Shown here in pieces: positions 16,671 to 24,378 of a stretch of 64,000 nt of DNA. The translations under genes were made by a program, and so were the position numbers. The DNA comes from a virus (lineage: Duplodnaviria > Caudoviricetes). Location: the IMG/VR virus record IMGVR_UViG_3300005611_000001. One strand, 5' to 3'. The notes beneath the pieces were generated by a model. The model ran no database searches. It worked only from the letters and a program-made list of their open reading frames with translations, and had not been told where the DNA came from. Within the stretch, counting starts at the first letter, position 1; the number at the start of each line of letters is the position of its first letter.

Positions 16671-17077
16671 TAAAAATGTTGTGGCGAATTGCTGGGTTGT
16701 TCTTTGTTGGTTGTGCGTACATTGGTGCAATCGTGCCCGGTATTCCCACAACGGTCTTTCTAGTTCTTGCTCTGTGGTGCTTTAGTAAGAGTTCTGAAAA
16801 GTTACGACTCTGGATTTGGGAGCATCCTATCTTCGGTTCGTATGTGCAAGACTGGTCACATAAAAGAATATACCCCACCCGAGCCAAGTATATCATGCTC
16901 AGTTGCTGCGCAGCGAGTTACACTTGGCTTCTATACATACAACTCAAACCCATTGCTCTGATCGGCATTGCAGCGTTCATGCTGTTCTGGCTATTTTGGG
17001 CATGGCGTTATCCAGGTTCGCACGAAGAGTATGATCGCCGAGTAGCGCAAGGAGAAAAAATCGGATGGCTAAAGTGA
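16667..17077 (+). CDS. YbaN/DUF454 family inner membrane protein
   Basis: GAIVPGIPTTVFLVLALWCFSKSS...HPIFG signature. Confidence 0.85.
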   Translation: MIKMLWRIAGLFFVGCAYIGAIVPGIPTTVFLVLALWCFSKSSEKLRLWIWEHPIFGSYVQDWSHKRIYPTRAKYIMLSCCAASYTWLLYIQLKPIALIGIAAFMLFWLFWAWRYPGSHEEYDRRVAQGEKIGWLK

Positions 17078-17178
17078 AGACTTGCGCGCACTGCGGTAAG
17101 AAGTTTAGGGTTGTCATTGACCACCCGTCTGTGTTATACTGTTCGTATGAGTGCGGCAAGAAGGCAACGGGCGCCTAA
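17074..17178 (+). CDS. 34 aa C2-C2 zinc-finger peptide
   Basis: CAHCGKKF...YCSYEC; GTGA overlap. Confidence 0.55.
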   Translation: MKTCAHCGKKFRVVIDHPSVLYCSYECGKKATGA

Positions 17179-17196
17179 ACTAAGAGGTAATATGTA

Positions 17197-17415
17197 ATGA
17201 GTGATTTTACTGAGAAGTATTTTGATAACTTGCTTGAACTGTGCAAGTACTGGATGATTGGCTTTGGTATGCTTACATATCCGCTTTGGATCATCAAAGC
17301 AGTCTCTCTATCTGACTGGGTTACTGTTGGTCTTATGGCGTTCACACCGGTGATGGTCGCGGCCTTCGCCTTTATCATGACTTTTCAACGTTACAAGGAT
17401 CAGCAAAAAGGTTAA
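17197..17415 (+). CDS. Small membrane protein
   Basis: Two hydrophobic segments, GAGG SD. Confidence 0.7.
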   Translation: MSDFTEKYFDNLLELCKYWMIGFGMLTYPLWIIKAVSLSDWVTVGLMAFTPVMVAAFAFIMTFQRYKDQQKG

Positions 17416-17418
17416 AAA

Positions 17419-18057
17419 ATGTATACAAGAGAAATAATGGTTTCGACCGACTTTCCTGAGTTCGATAAACTTTTCGATGCCTCTTATCCAAGTATCGAAA
17501 CAGACACTTATGATTGGAACTATATGCCGTTTCCAGTTGGCGCAACATATGAAGATAAGAAGCAAGCGTTTCGTACACTAGCACAAGAATACATGGATAA
17601 CCCGCTGGGGCGAGGGCTTCTTTGGAGAAAGAACGGAAAGGCGATTAACTTCTCTGTTGGTGTTGCTGACACTGGCAGACCAACTCATCTGAAATGGTTG
17701 TATGGTTTGTACGGTCCTGATTCGAACGGCTCTATGTCTTGGACTCATGATCCAGAATACCACACGACTAACATCGACTACTTTATCAATGTTTTGAAAT
17801 TGACTAGTCATGAAATGCAGTGTTTAAAAGACTCCCCTATTCATAAACACTTTTTGTATCTTCAAGACACCGAAGCGCATAAAGTGATCACTGTAATAGA
17901 AGCAGGCGATGCGTCACAAGATCCGATTTATGGGCCAGATGGCTTTCAGCATTCAGACCCAGCCCTTGTTGCACTTGTAAAAAACACTGTCAGAGTTGTG
18001 CATACATATCCGTCGATTGATCCTGTTCTTGACAGTGCAACACCTCCACTTTTCTAA
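17419..18057 (+). CDS. Hypothetical protein
   Basis: 212 aa ORF ending before a terminator. Confidence 0.75.
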   Translation: MYTREIMVSTDFPEFDKLFDASYPSIETDTYDWNYMPFPVGATYEDKKQAFRTLAQEYMDNPLGRGLLWRKNGKAINFSVGVADTGRPTHLKWLYGLYGPDSNGSMSWTHDPEYHTTNIDYFINVLKLTSHEMQCLKDSPIHKHFLYLQDTEAHKVITVIEAGDASQDPIYGPDGFQHSDPALVALVKNTVRVVHTYPSIDPVLDSATPPLF

Positions 18058-18072
18058 GAGCATTTTCATTTC

Positions 18073-18100
18073 AAAGGCGCCTTCGGGCGCCTTTTTTTTT
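18073..18100 (+). terminator. Rho-independent terminator
   Basis: AAAGGCGCC-TTCG-GGCGCC plus T run. Confidence 0.9.
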
Positions 18101-18106
18101 ATTTCT

Positions 18107-18114
18107 TATAAATA
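18107..18114 (+). promoter_or_regulatory. T4-type late promoter
   Basis: TATAAATA. Confidence 0.8.
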
Positions 18115-18154
18115 ATTGAAACATTGTTTGTGTATCAAAGGCGTTCATCGATAA

Positions 18155-19087
18155 ATGGCTAATTTGTCGGGAAGAGAAATCTACAAATATCAGTTTCGTG
18201 TTGAAGTCTTTATTCAAAAGTACGAGACGAAATCTCCGTTTGAATTAGTAAGCGGAAAGAAGATCGAACTTGTAAAAGACAATAATGTTATTAAAGCATT
18301 AAAAGAACAGAGAATAGTTTCAACCTTAAATTTGTTGGGTGTTGATGGTAATACATATAAGTTTAAAGACTTACTGAAATCTAGTGAGTTTGGGGGTAAA
18401 GGCGCTGGTGGTTCGACGATTAAGGAAGATCGTGAACTTATGTCTTTACGCGATCAGTTAGAAGCGATAAAAAAAGAAATTAAAAGTGTGACAGTGCCTA
18501 TTCAAATTGGAAATAAAACATATCATGCAGAAGGTGCTGAGTCAACACCAGGAACACCAAAGTCGGACTTTCACTTGTTGGACAAAGACGGTAAAGAAAT
18601 AGTTTGGATATCACACAAAGACGGTAGTCGCCCAAACGACTTTCAACAATGGGGCGGTATATCAGAAAGAAAAGAACCTAAAATATTTAAACATCGTGAA
18701 ACGCAGAAGTTCATTAACGATCTAAAAGAAATGTATCCCGACGGTTTGCCAAGAGCAACTTCGCTGTACAGAAAAATTGAAGACAAGAATTTGAAAATGT
18801 TGTCTGTGTATGGTAATGAATACGGTGGGCGATTGAGTAGACAGAACTGTACGATACTGATTCAGGGGCCTGTAAAATTAGTAAAGAAAAACAAAGTGTA
18901 TGTTTTCGAATCAAATCACATACACGCAAATGGAGAGTCTGTAGACTCAGGTGGTTTTGAACCAGTTTTCATGGCAATCTACAAAGGCGATCGAAGTGAC
19001 GCTGGTGTAAAAGGGACTCGTATCGTAATCATGCCCATTCAAGGGCGTAAAGCGAAACAATTTACTAAAGACAAGATGGTAATCTAA
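18155..19087 (+). CDS. PD-(D/E)xK-like nuclease-fold protein
   Basis: TPKSDF...WISHKDG resembles a restriction-endonuclease active site. Confidence 0.55.
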   Translation: MANLSGREIYKYQFRVEVFIQKYETKSPFELVSGKKIELVKDNNVIKALKEQRIVSTLNLLGVDGNTYKFKDLLKSSEFGGKGAGGSTIKEDRELMSLRDQLEAIKKEIKSVTVPIQIGNKTYHAEGAESTPGTPKSDFHLLDKDGKEIVWISHKDGSRPNDFQQWGGISERKEPKIFKHRETQKFINDLKEMYPDGLPRATSLYRKIEDKNLKMLSVYGNEYGGRLSRQNCTILIQGPVKLVKKNKVYVFESNHIHANGESVDSGGFEPVFMAIYKGDRSDAGVKGTRIVIMPIQGRKAKQFTKDKMVI

Positions 19088-19160
19088 TGAGTGATAATAA
19101 GACAACCCTTGCTGATTTTTTCAAAGCAATTGCTGAAGAAAAAAGGAGGTTAAGCCGATT

Positions 19161-20387
19161 ATGTTTGATTCTTTTCAACAGTTCATAACAGAACAAAAAA
19201 ATACTCATATGACACATATTGAGGATAAAGTTCTGTACGGCGGTGTTAACGGGACTCGTCAAGCAATTCTTGCTTTGCGTGAGTTGCGTGACATGCTAGC
19301 AGGTAGTAAACAGAGCAAAGTGTCTGTGAAGTGGGACGGAGCACCCGCCATCTTCGCAGGCACTGACCCTCGTGACGGTAAGTTCTTTGTAGCAAAGAAA
19401 GGCATCTTCAATAAGAATCCCAAAGTCTATAAGACAGCCGCAGAAATTGACGCAGACACTTCGGGTGATCTTGCAACTAAACTGAAAGACGCTTTGACTT
19501 ATCTTCCTGAACTTGGTATTAAGGGAGTGATTCAGGGTGATTTTCTTTTTGGAAAAGGCGATCTTGCAAAAAAAAAGATCGACGGTAACACATATGTTAC
19601 TTTCCATCCAAATACCATTGTATATGCAGTGCCTGTAGATCAAGCAAAAGATATTCTTCAAGCAAAGATCGGTATTGTATGGCACACTACATATACTGGT
19701 AACACTTTCGAAACTATGAAGGCTTCGTATGGTGTGAATGTAAGACAACTTAAAGCTAGCAAAAATGTATGGTCGCAGGATGCAATGCTTCGCAATGTTC
19801 AGAATGCGACTTTGACTAAAAGTGAAACGGAGACAGTAAATGAATATCTTTCGCAAATTGGTAAACTTTTTAACTCCATCAGTGGCACAACCCTCAGAGC
19901 CCTTGAAGGAAATCCAACCCTCGCCCAGCACATTGAGCAATACAACAACACCTTCGTCCGTGCCGGCACCGTCATTGGAAACTCCCAAGCCCACACCACA
20001 AAGCTCGTCCGCTGGATCAAAAACAAGTACAAAGCCGAAATCGACAAGCGCAAAACCGCGAGCGGCAAAGCCACGCAGCAGAAAAAGCTCGACGACCTCC
20101 TCTCGTTCTTCTCAGAGGAAAACAAAGCAAACCTCGTAAAAATGTTTGAGTTGCAAAAATTAATTGTTCTTGTCAAACTAAAACTTATAAATAAATTAAA
20201 CCAGTTGAGTAATCTTGAAACTTTTGTTAAAACACGCAAGGGTTTCAAGGTTACTGGGCAAGAAGGTTATGTGGCTATTGACACACTTGGTGGTGACGCG
20301 GTGAAACTTGTTGATCGTATGGAGTTTTCATACAACAACTTTTCACCTGATATTTTGAAGGGATGGGATAAACCAACGAGAAACTAG
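19161..20387 (+). CDS. Ligase/capping-enzyme-fold nucleotidyltransferase (DUF6267-like) with CTS-like N-terminus
   Basis: Motif I KWDG, motif III-like IQGDFL, motif IV EGYV, motif V KLV. Confidence 0.7.
   Translation: MFDSFQQFITEQKNTHMTHIEDKVLYGGVNGTRQAILALRELRDMLAGSKQSKVSVKWDGAPAIFAGTDPRDGKFFVAKKGIFNKNPKVYKTAAEIDADTSGDLATKLKDALTYLPELGIKGVIQGDFLFGKGDLAKKKIDGNTYVTFHPNTIVYAVPVDQAKDILQAKIGIVWHTTYTGNTFETMKASYGVNVRQLKASKNVWSQDAMLRNVQNATLTKSETETVNEYLSQIGKLFNSISGTTLRALEGNPTLAQHIEQYNNTFVRAGTVIGNSQAHTTKLVRWIKNKYKAEIDKRKTASGKATQQKKLDDLLSFFSEENKANLVKMFELQKLIVLVKLKLINKLNQLSNLETFVKTRKGFKVTGQEGYVAIDTLGGDAVKLVDRMEFSYNNFSPDILKGWDKPTRN
19840..20139 (+). CDS. Overprinted +1-frame Ser/Pro/Thr/Lys-rich protein inside the ligase-like gene
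   Basis: GGAG SD 7 nt before ATG; host-gene third positions switch to C over about 19873-20135. Confidence 0.6.
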   Translation: MNIFRKLVNFLTPSVAQPSEPLKEIQPSPSTLSNTTTPSSVPAPSLETPKPTPQSSSAGSKTSTKPKSTSAKPRAAKPRSRKSSTTSSRSSQRKTKQTS

Positions 20388-20388
20388 T

Positions 20389-20838
20389 ATGCTAAGTTTT
20401 AAAGATTTTTTAACTGTTGATTATACTCCTGGTATGCCAGAAGAAATCTCTTATGCTGCTATGAAGCGTAAGCGAGGGCGTATTGGAGAAGAAGCAGAGC
20501 AGACAGACGAAGCGCTTAACTTTGCGCAGCGTCGCCAGCGCGCTCGTATCATGAAGAAGTATAAGACCAAGATTGCCATGGGGCGCAAGAAGGCTATGCG
20601 TCGCACTGCGGACACTGGTCGTATTAACAAGCGCGCAAGAAAGCAAGCAATTAATCAAATGTTTCTCAAACTGTCTAAGGGTGTACCTCGTGATGAACTA
20701 CCAGCGTCTCGCCGTCAAGAAATTGAAAAGCGTCTTGAGAAGCTAAAGCCTCGTATTGAAAAGATTGCTCGTAAGCTGATGCCTCAGGTGCGTAAGAGAG
20801 AAAGAGAACGCAAGCAGAGTGCGCAGAGTCAGAAATGA
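20389..20838 (+). CDS. Highly basic protein with CTS-like start
   Basis: MLSFKDFL; Arg/Lys-rich after an acidic linker. Confidence 0.8.
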   Translation: MLSFKDFLTVDYTPGMPEEISYAAMKRKRGRIGEEAEQTDEALNFAQRRQRARIMKKYKTKIAMGRKKAMRRTADTGRINKRARKQAINQMFLKLSKGVPRDELPASRRQEIEKRLEKLKPRIEKIARKLMPQVRKRERERKQSAQSQK

Positions 20839-22262
20839 GCTTTCCATCATTTAAACAATATCTCGTAGAAGAACAGCGAGAGGTATTCTTCACCTTTGGG
20901 CGAATGAATCCTCCGACGATTGGTCATGGCAAACTAATGTCTGTTCTTGCCACTAAAGCAGGCAAGAACCCTTACAAAGTTTATCTTTCTCAGTCTTTTG
21001 ATCCCAAAAAGAATCCGCTCACATATGAGCAGAAAATCAAGCATGTGCGTAAGATGTTTCCCAAGCATGCGCGCAATGTTATTCTGAATAAGAAACTGCG
21101 CAATGTTTTTGAAGTAGCATCTGCGCTATACGATCAAGGCTTCAACAAAATTACTATGGTTGTTGGTGCTGATCGTGTCACCGAGTTTAAGACTCTTCTA
21201 GAGAAATACAATGGCGAAAAAGGTCGTCATGGTTTCTATAATTTCGAAAAAATTAATGTCGTCTCTGCGGGTGATCGTGATCCTGATGCAGAAGGCGTCG
21301 AAGGCATGTCCGCATCGAAACAGCGCGAGAACGCGAAGAATAATGACTTTACCACATTCTCGCAAGGCGTGCCTAACACCATGTCGAACAAAGACGCAAA
21401 GCGTTTGTTCAATGATGTACGCGCGGGCATGGGGCTGAAAGAAATGACCCAGTTCAAGAATCACATTGAACTAGAGCCTGTGTCTGAGACTCGTGAGAAG
21501 TTTGTTGAAGGTGAGTTGTTTAATGAAGGCGATAATGTTATAATAAAGAAAACTGGCGAGACTGGTTATATTCATCGTCTCGGCACCAACTATGTCATCA
21601 TTGCACTAGAAGAAGGAAATATTTCGCGTCAGTGGATTGATGATGTAGAACTAGACGAAGCAGGTTATGGCGGCAGTGGTATTCTGCGTGATATCGCACC
21701 TGCACTAGATCGATTCCTTGACAAGACCATCAACCGCAAGCAGTATGAGCGAGCGGTTCGTATGTTCCTTGATCTTCGCAAAAAGAATCCAAACGATGCG
21801 AGAAAAAATCTTGTCAAAGCAGCGCGGATCACAAACACAGATGTTCGCACACTTGACAAACTATTCCGCAATCTAGTTAAGAAAGGTAAGATGCCTAAGC
21901 ATCTACTCAACTACGAGCCTACATTTGTCGAAGAAGTTTCAAAAGAAAAGATCAATGCTCAGCCCAAGAAGCACACTGATCGCTGGTATAAAGATCAGCC
22001 TGAATGGGGTACTCCCGAGGCATCAAGAAAAGCAAAGAGCAAAGTTCCTGGTCAAGAAACTGCGCATGTCCACACCAAGTCTCCTATGAACGAAGATGAA
22101 CTTGACAGTGCAATGCAGCGCATTCGAATAGACAAGCAGCAAGATCGTGAAGCAGAGCGCAGAGATCGCGAAAGAAGAGAGCGAGACTATGATCGTATTC
22201 TTGATCGCGCAAGGCTCGCTCGTGCAAGACGCAAAAACCGTCAGACAACACCAAAAGTATAA
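20835..22262 (+). CDS. Cytidylyltransferase/NMNAT-like (HIGH-superfamily) protein with C-terminal extension
   Basis: FGRMNPPTIGH, VVGADR, MSASKQR. Confidence 0.85.
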   Translation: MSFPSFKQYLVEEQREVFFTFGRMNPPTIGHGKLMSVLATKAGKNPYKVYLSQSFDPKKNPLTYEQKIKHVRKMFPKHARNVILNKKLRNVFEVASALYDQGFNKITMVVGADRVTEFKTLLEKYNGEKGRHGFYNFEKINVVSAGDRDPDAEGVEGMSASKQRENAKNNDFTTFSQGVPNTMSNKDAKRLFNDVRAGMGLKEMTQFKNHIELEPVSETREKFVEGELFNEGDNVIIKKTGETGYIHRLGTNYVIIALEEGNISRQWIDDVELDEAGYGGSGILRDIAPALDRFLDKTINRKQYERAVRMFLDLRKKNPNDARKNLVKAARITNTDVRTLDKLFRNLVKKGKMPKHLLNYEPTFVEEVSKEKINAQPKKHTDRWYKDQPEWGTPEASRKAKSKVPGQETAHVHTKSPMNEDELDSAMQRIRIDKQQDREAERRDRERRERDYDRILDRARLARARRKNRQTTPKV

Positions 22263-22265
22263 ATA
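22258..22265 (+). promoter_or_regulatory. T4-type late promoter
   Basis: TATAAATA. Confidence 0.8.
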
Positions 22266-22295
22266 CAATTATAACTTAGCAGGAGATTTTCTTTA

Positions 22296-23435
22296 GTGAA
22301 AACTTTTAAAGACCTTTCTGAAAAATTGAAAAAAGACAAGGACGATCCCTGCTGGAAGGGATATGTTCAGGTGGGCATGAAAAAGAAAGATGGCAAAGAA
22401 GTGCCTAACTGTGTGCCCAAAGAAGGCGTAGAAGAAGAAAAAGATACGCACAAGACGAAAGATGGGCGTACTGCTAAGAAAGGTCTTTGGTACAACATCA
22501 ATCAAAAGAAGAAGCGCGGCGAAGCCCCTGCTAAGAAGGGTGATCCTGATTATCCCAAAACATTAAACATCGAATCTATTGAAGAAAAGGCTGTGTCGAA
22601 AGCACAGCAGCGTTTCATGGGTATGGTGCGCGCTAAGCAGAAGGGTGAAATGGACGACGCGTCTCCTGAAGTTGCTAAGGCTGCTGCATCTATGAGCAAG
22701 AAAGATGTAAAAGACTTTGCGAAGACTAAGCACAAAGGTCTGCCTGCTAAGAAAGAATCTGTAGAAGAAGCATTTTCTCCAAAAGAAGTTAAAATGGCTG
22801 TTGGTATTGCTTCTGATCCTCGCTACAAAAAAGGAAACTATACTGGTGCTGTTGAGAAAATTGAAAAGATTAAAAAAGGTCTTTCTAATCATTCTCAAGT
22901 GGCAGCAGTTCTCAAGCGCCAAAACGAAAATGTTAATGAAGCAAAAGTATCTGTTGGTGATCGCGTTACTCTTAAGCCTAACAAGAGTGTTCTTGATCGT
23001 TCTCTCATCGGTAAAGCAGGCGTAATCACAAACATGCTTGACGGTGAAGCAATGGTTAAGTTTGCAAATGGTCGAACAATTGCAGTTTCACCAAGCCATC
23101 TAACAGTCAATGAAGAATCTATGAACTTCTTTCAATTCCGTGAAGCACTCAAAGAAGCGAAGGGTTCTAACTATCAAATTTATCACAAGACTTACAGCGC
23201 TGCTGTTCAACATGCTGTCAATCATGTCTTTGATAAGATGGGTTACGAAGTCGACTCGCAAGACTTTTTCAATAAGGTCTCAAGCGGACCTCGTAAACCA
23301 TCACCGGGTAAGACCAACTCTTTCAGCATTGACCTGTTCGATAAAAGAACTGCAAAGCCTGTTCGTCAAAAACTTCACATGCAAGTTTATGGCATGGACA
23401 GTGGTAAATACGAACTGAACATGTATGTGGCATAA
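22296..23435 (+). CDS. Modular Lys-rich putative prohead core/internal protein
   Basis: CTS-like start, DPCWKGY...VPNCVP module, modules bounded by (I/V/L)xE. Confidence 0.75.
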   Translation: MKTFKDLSEKLKKDKDDPCWKGYVQVGMKKKDGKEVPNCVPKEGVEEEKDTHKTKDGRTAKKGLWYNINQKKKRGEAPAKKGDPDYPKTLNIESIEEKAVSKAQQRFMGMVRAKQKGEMDDASPEVAKAAASMSKKDVKDFAKTKHKGLPAKKESVEEAFSPKEVKMAVGIASDPRYKKGNYTGAVEKIEKIKKGLSNHSQVAAVLKRQNENVNEAKVSVGDRVTLKPNKSVLDRSLIGKAGVITNMLDGEAMVKFANGRTIAVSPSHLTVNEESMNFFQFREALKEAKGSNYQIYHKTYSAAVQHAVNHVFDKMGYEVDSQDFFNKVSSGPRKPSPGKTNSFSIDLFDKRTAKPVRQKLHMQVYGMDSGKYELNMYVA

Positions 23436-23710
23436 TGAAAACATTTAAATCTATTAGAGAACAGCGCGATAACGAAATGGAAAAGGCTGAGATGGCTGAG
23501 CAGCAACTCCATTTCATTTGCTATGCCGTAGACGAAATTCTTGAGTATGTTCAAGAAGGCGGTGAAATCGAAGAGTGGTATCAGAACAAACTGAGTAAAG
23601 TACACAGCGATGTAGAAGGGCTTTACTCTTATGTGCAAGGCGAAAAGCATCGTATGAAAAATGACGATGAAGACGATGACGACGATATGGTGCCTGGAAT
23701 GTATCGATGA
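23435..23710 (+). CDS. Acidic protein with CTS-like start
   Basis: MKTFKSIRE. Confidence 0.75.
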   Translation: MKTFKSIREQRDNEMEKAEMAEQQLHFICYAVDEILEYVQEGGEIEEWYQNKLSKVHSDVEGLYSYVQGEKHRMKNDDEDDDDDMVPGMYR

Positions 23711-24054
23711 AAAAATTTAGCGACCACAGAGCAGACGAAATCGATTGCGCTTGCGAATCAATGTATGAAGAATTGGTTTTCGAAGCAGCAGAGTATCAGG
23801 GTAAGAAAGTTACGCTGAACAATCCGTTTCGTACACCTGGTGGTCCTAAAAAGTTTTCTGTCTATGTCAAGAACGACAAGGGCAATGTAGTAAAAGTAAA
23901 CTTCGGCGATCCTAATATGGAAATTAAGCGCGACGATCCCGGTAGAAGAAAGAATTTTAGAGCTAGGCACAACTGCGACAATCCTGGCCCTAAATGGAAA
24001 GCAAGGTATTGGTCTTGCTATCAATGGCGAAGCGGCGCCAAAGTAGACAACTAA
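23707..24054 (+). CDS. Putative virion protein
   Basis: VKVNFGD...RRKNFRARHNC..ARYWSC. Confidence 0.75.
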   Translation: MKKFSDHRADEIDCACESMYEELVFEAAEYQGKKVTLNNPFRTPGGPKKFSVYVKNDKGNVVKVNFGDPNMEIKRDDPGRRKNFRARHNCDNPGPKWKARYWSCYQWRSGAKVDN

Positions 24055-24075
24055 ATCGGATGGAGCGATTGACGC

Positions 24076-24366
24076 ATGGCAACACGAGAAACACAGTCGG
24101 CGCGACTAGATCGCATCGAAGGCAAAATCGACAAAATGACGGACGCAATCATTCAACTTGCAAAGGTTGAAGAGAAGATTGCTGATCTAGAAGAGCGTCG
24201 AGAAGAGCAGCACGAGAGACTAAATAGATTATCAGGTAAAATCGATAACATCGAAAACAGTGTGACTTCTCTTGTCGAAAAAGTTGCTGTCAATCAAAAG
24301 ATTAGTTGGCTTGTGATCGGTGTATGTGTCGCCGCCCTTGCTGCCCAGTTTGGCATTTCAGTTTAA
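24076..24366 (+). CDS. Coiled-coil protein with C-terminal TM segment
   Basis: Heptad pattern then WLVIGVCVAALAAQFG. Confidence 0.7.
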   Translation: MATRETQSARLDRIEGKIDKMTDAIIQLAKVEEKIADLEERREEQHERLNRLSGKIDNIENSVTSLVEKVAVNQKISWLVIGVCVAALAAQFGISV

Positions 24367-24378
24367 ACGGAGAAAACA

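Noticed and set aside
19087-19188. 33 aa ORF MSDNKTTLADFFKAIAEE
   Set aside because: Too short to support; may be a relic or only the SD region of 19161
19799-20248. 149 aa minus-strand ORF as the cause of the codon bias
   Set aside because: In-register antisense shadow; the +1 ORF with an SD matches the bias boundaries better
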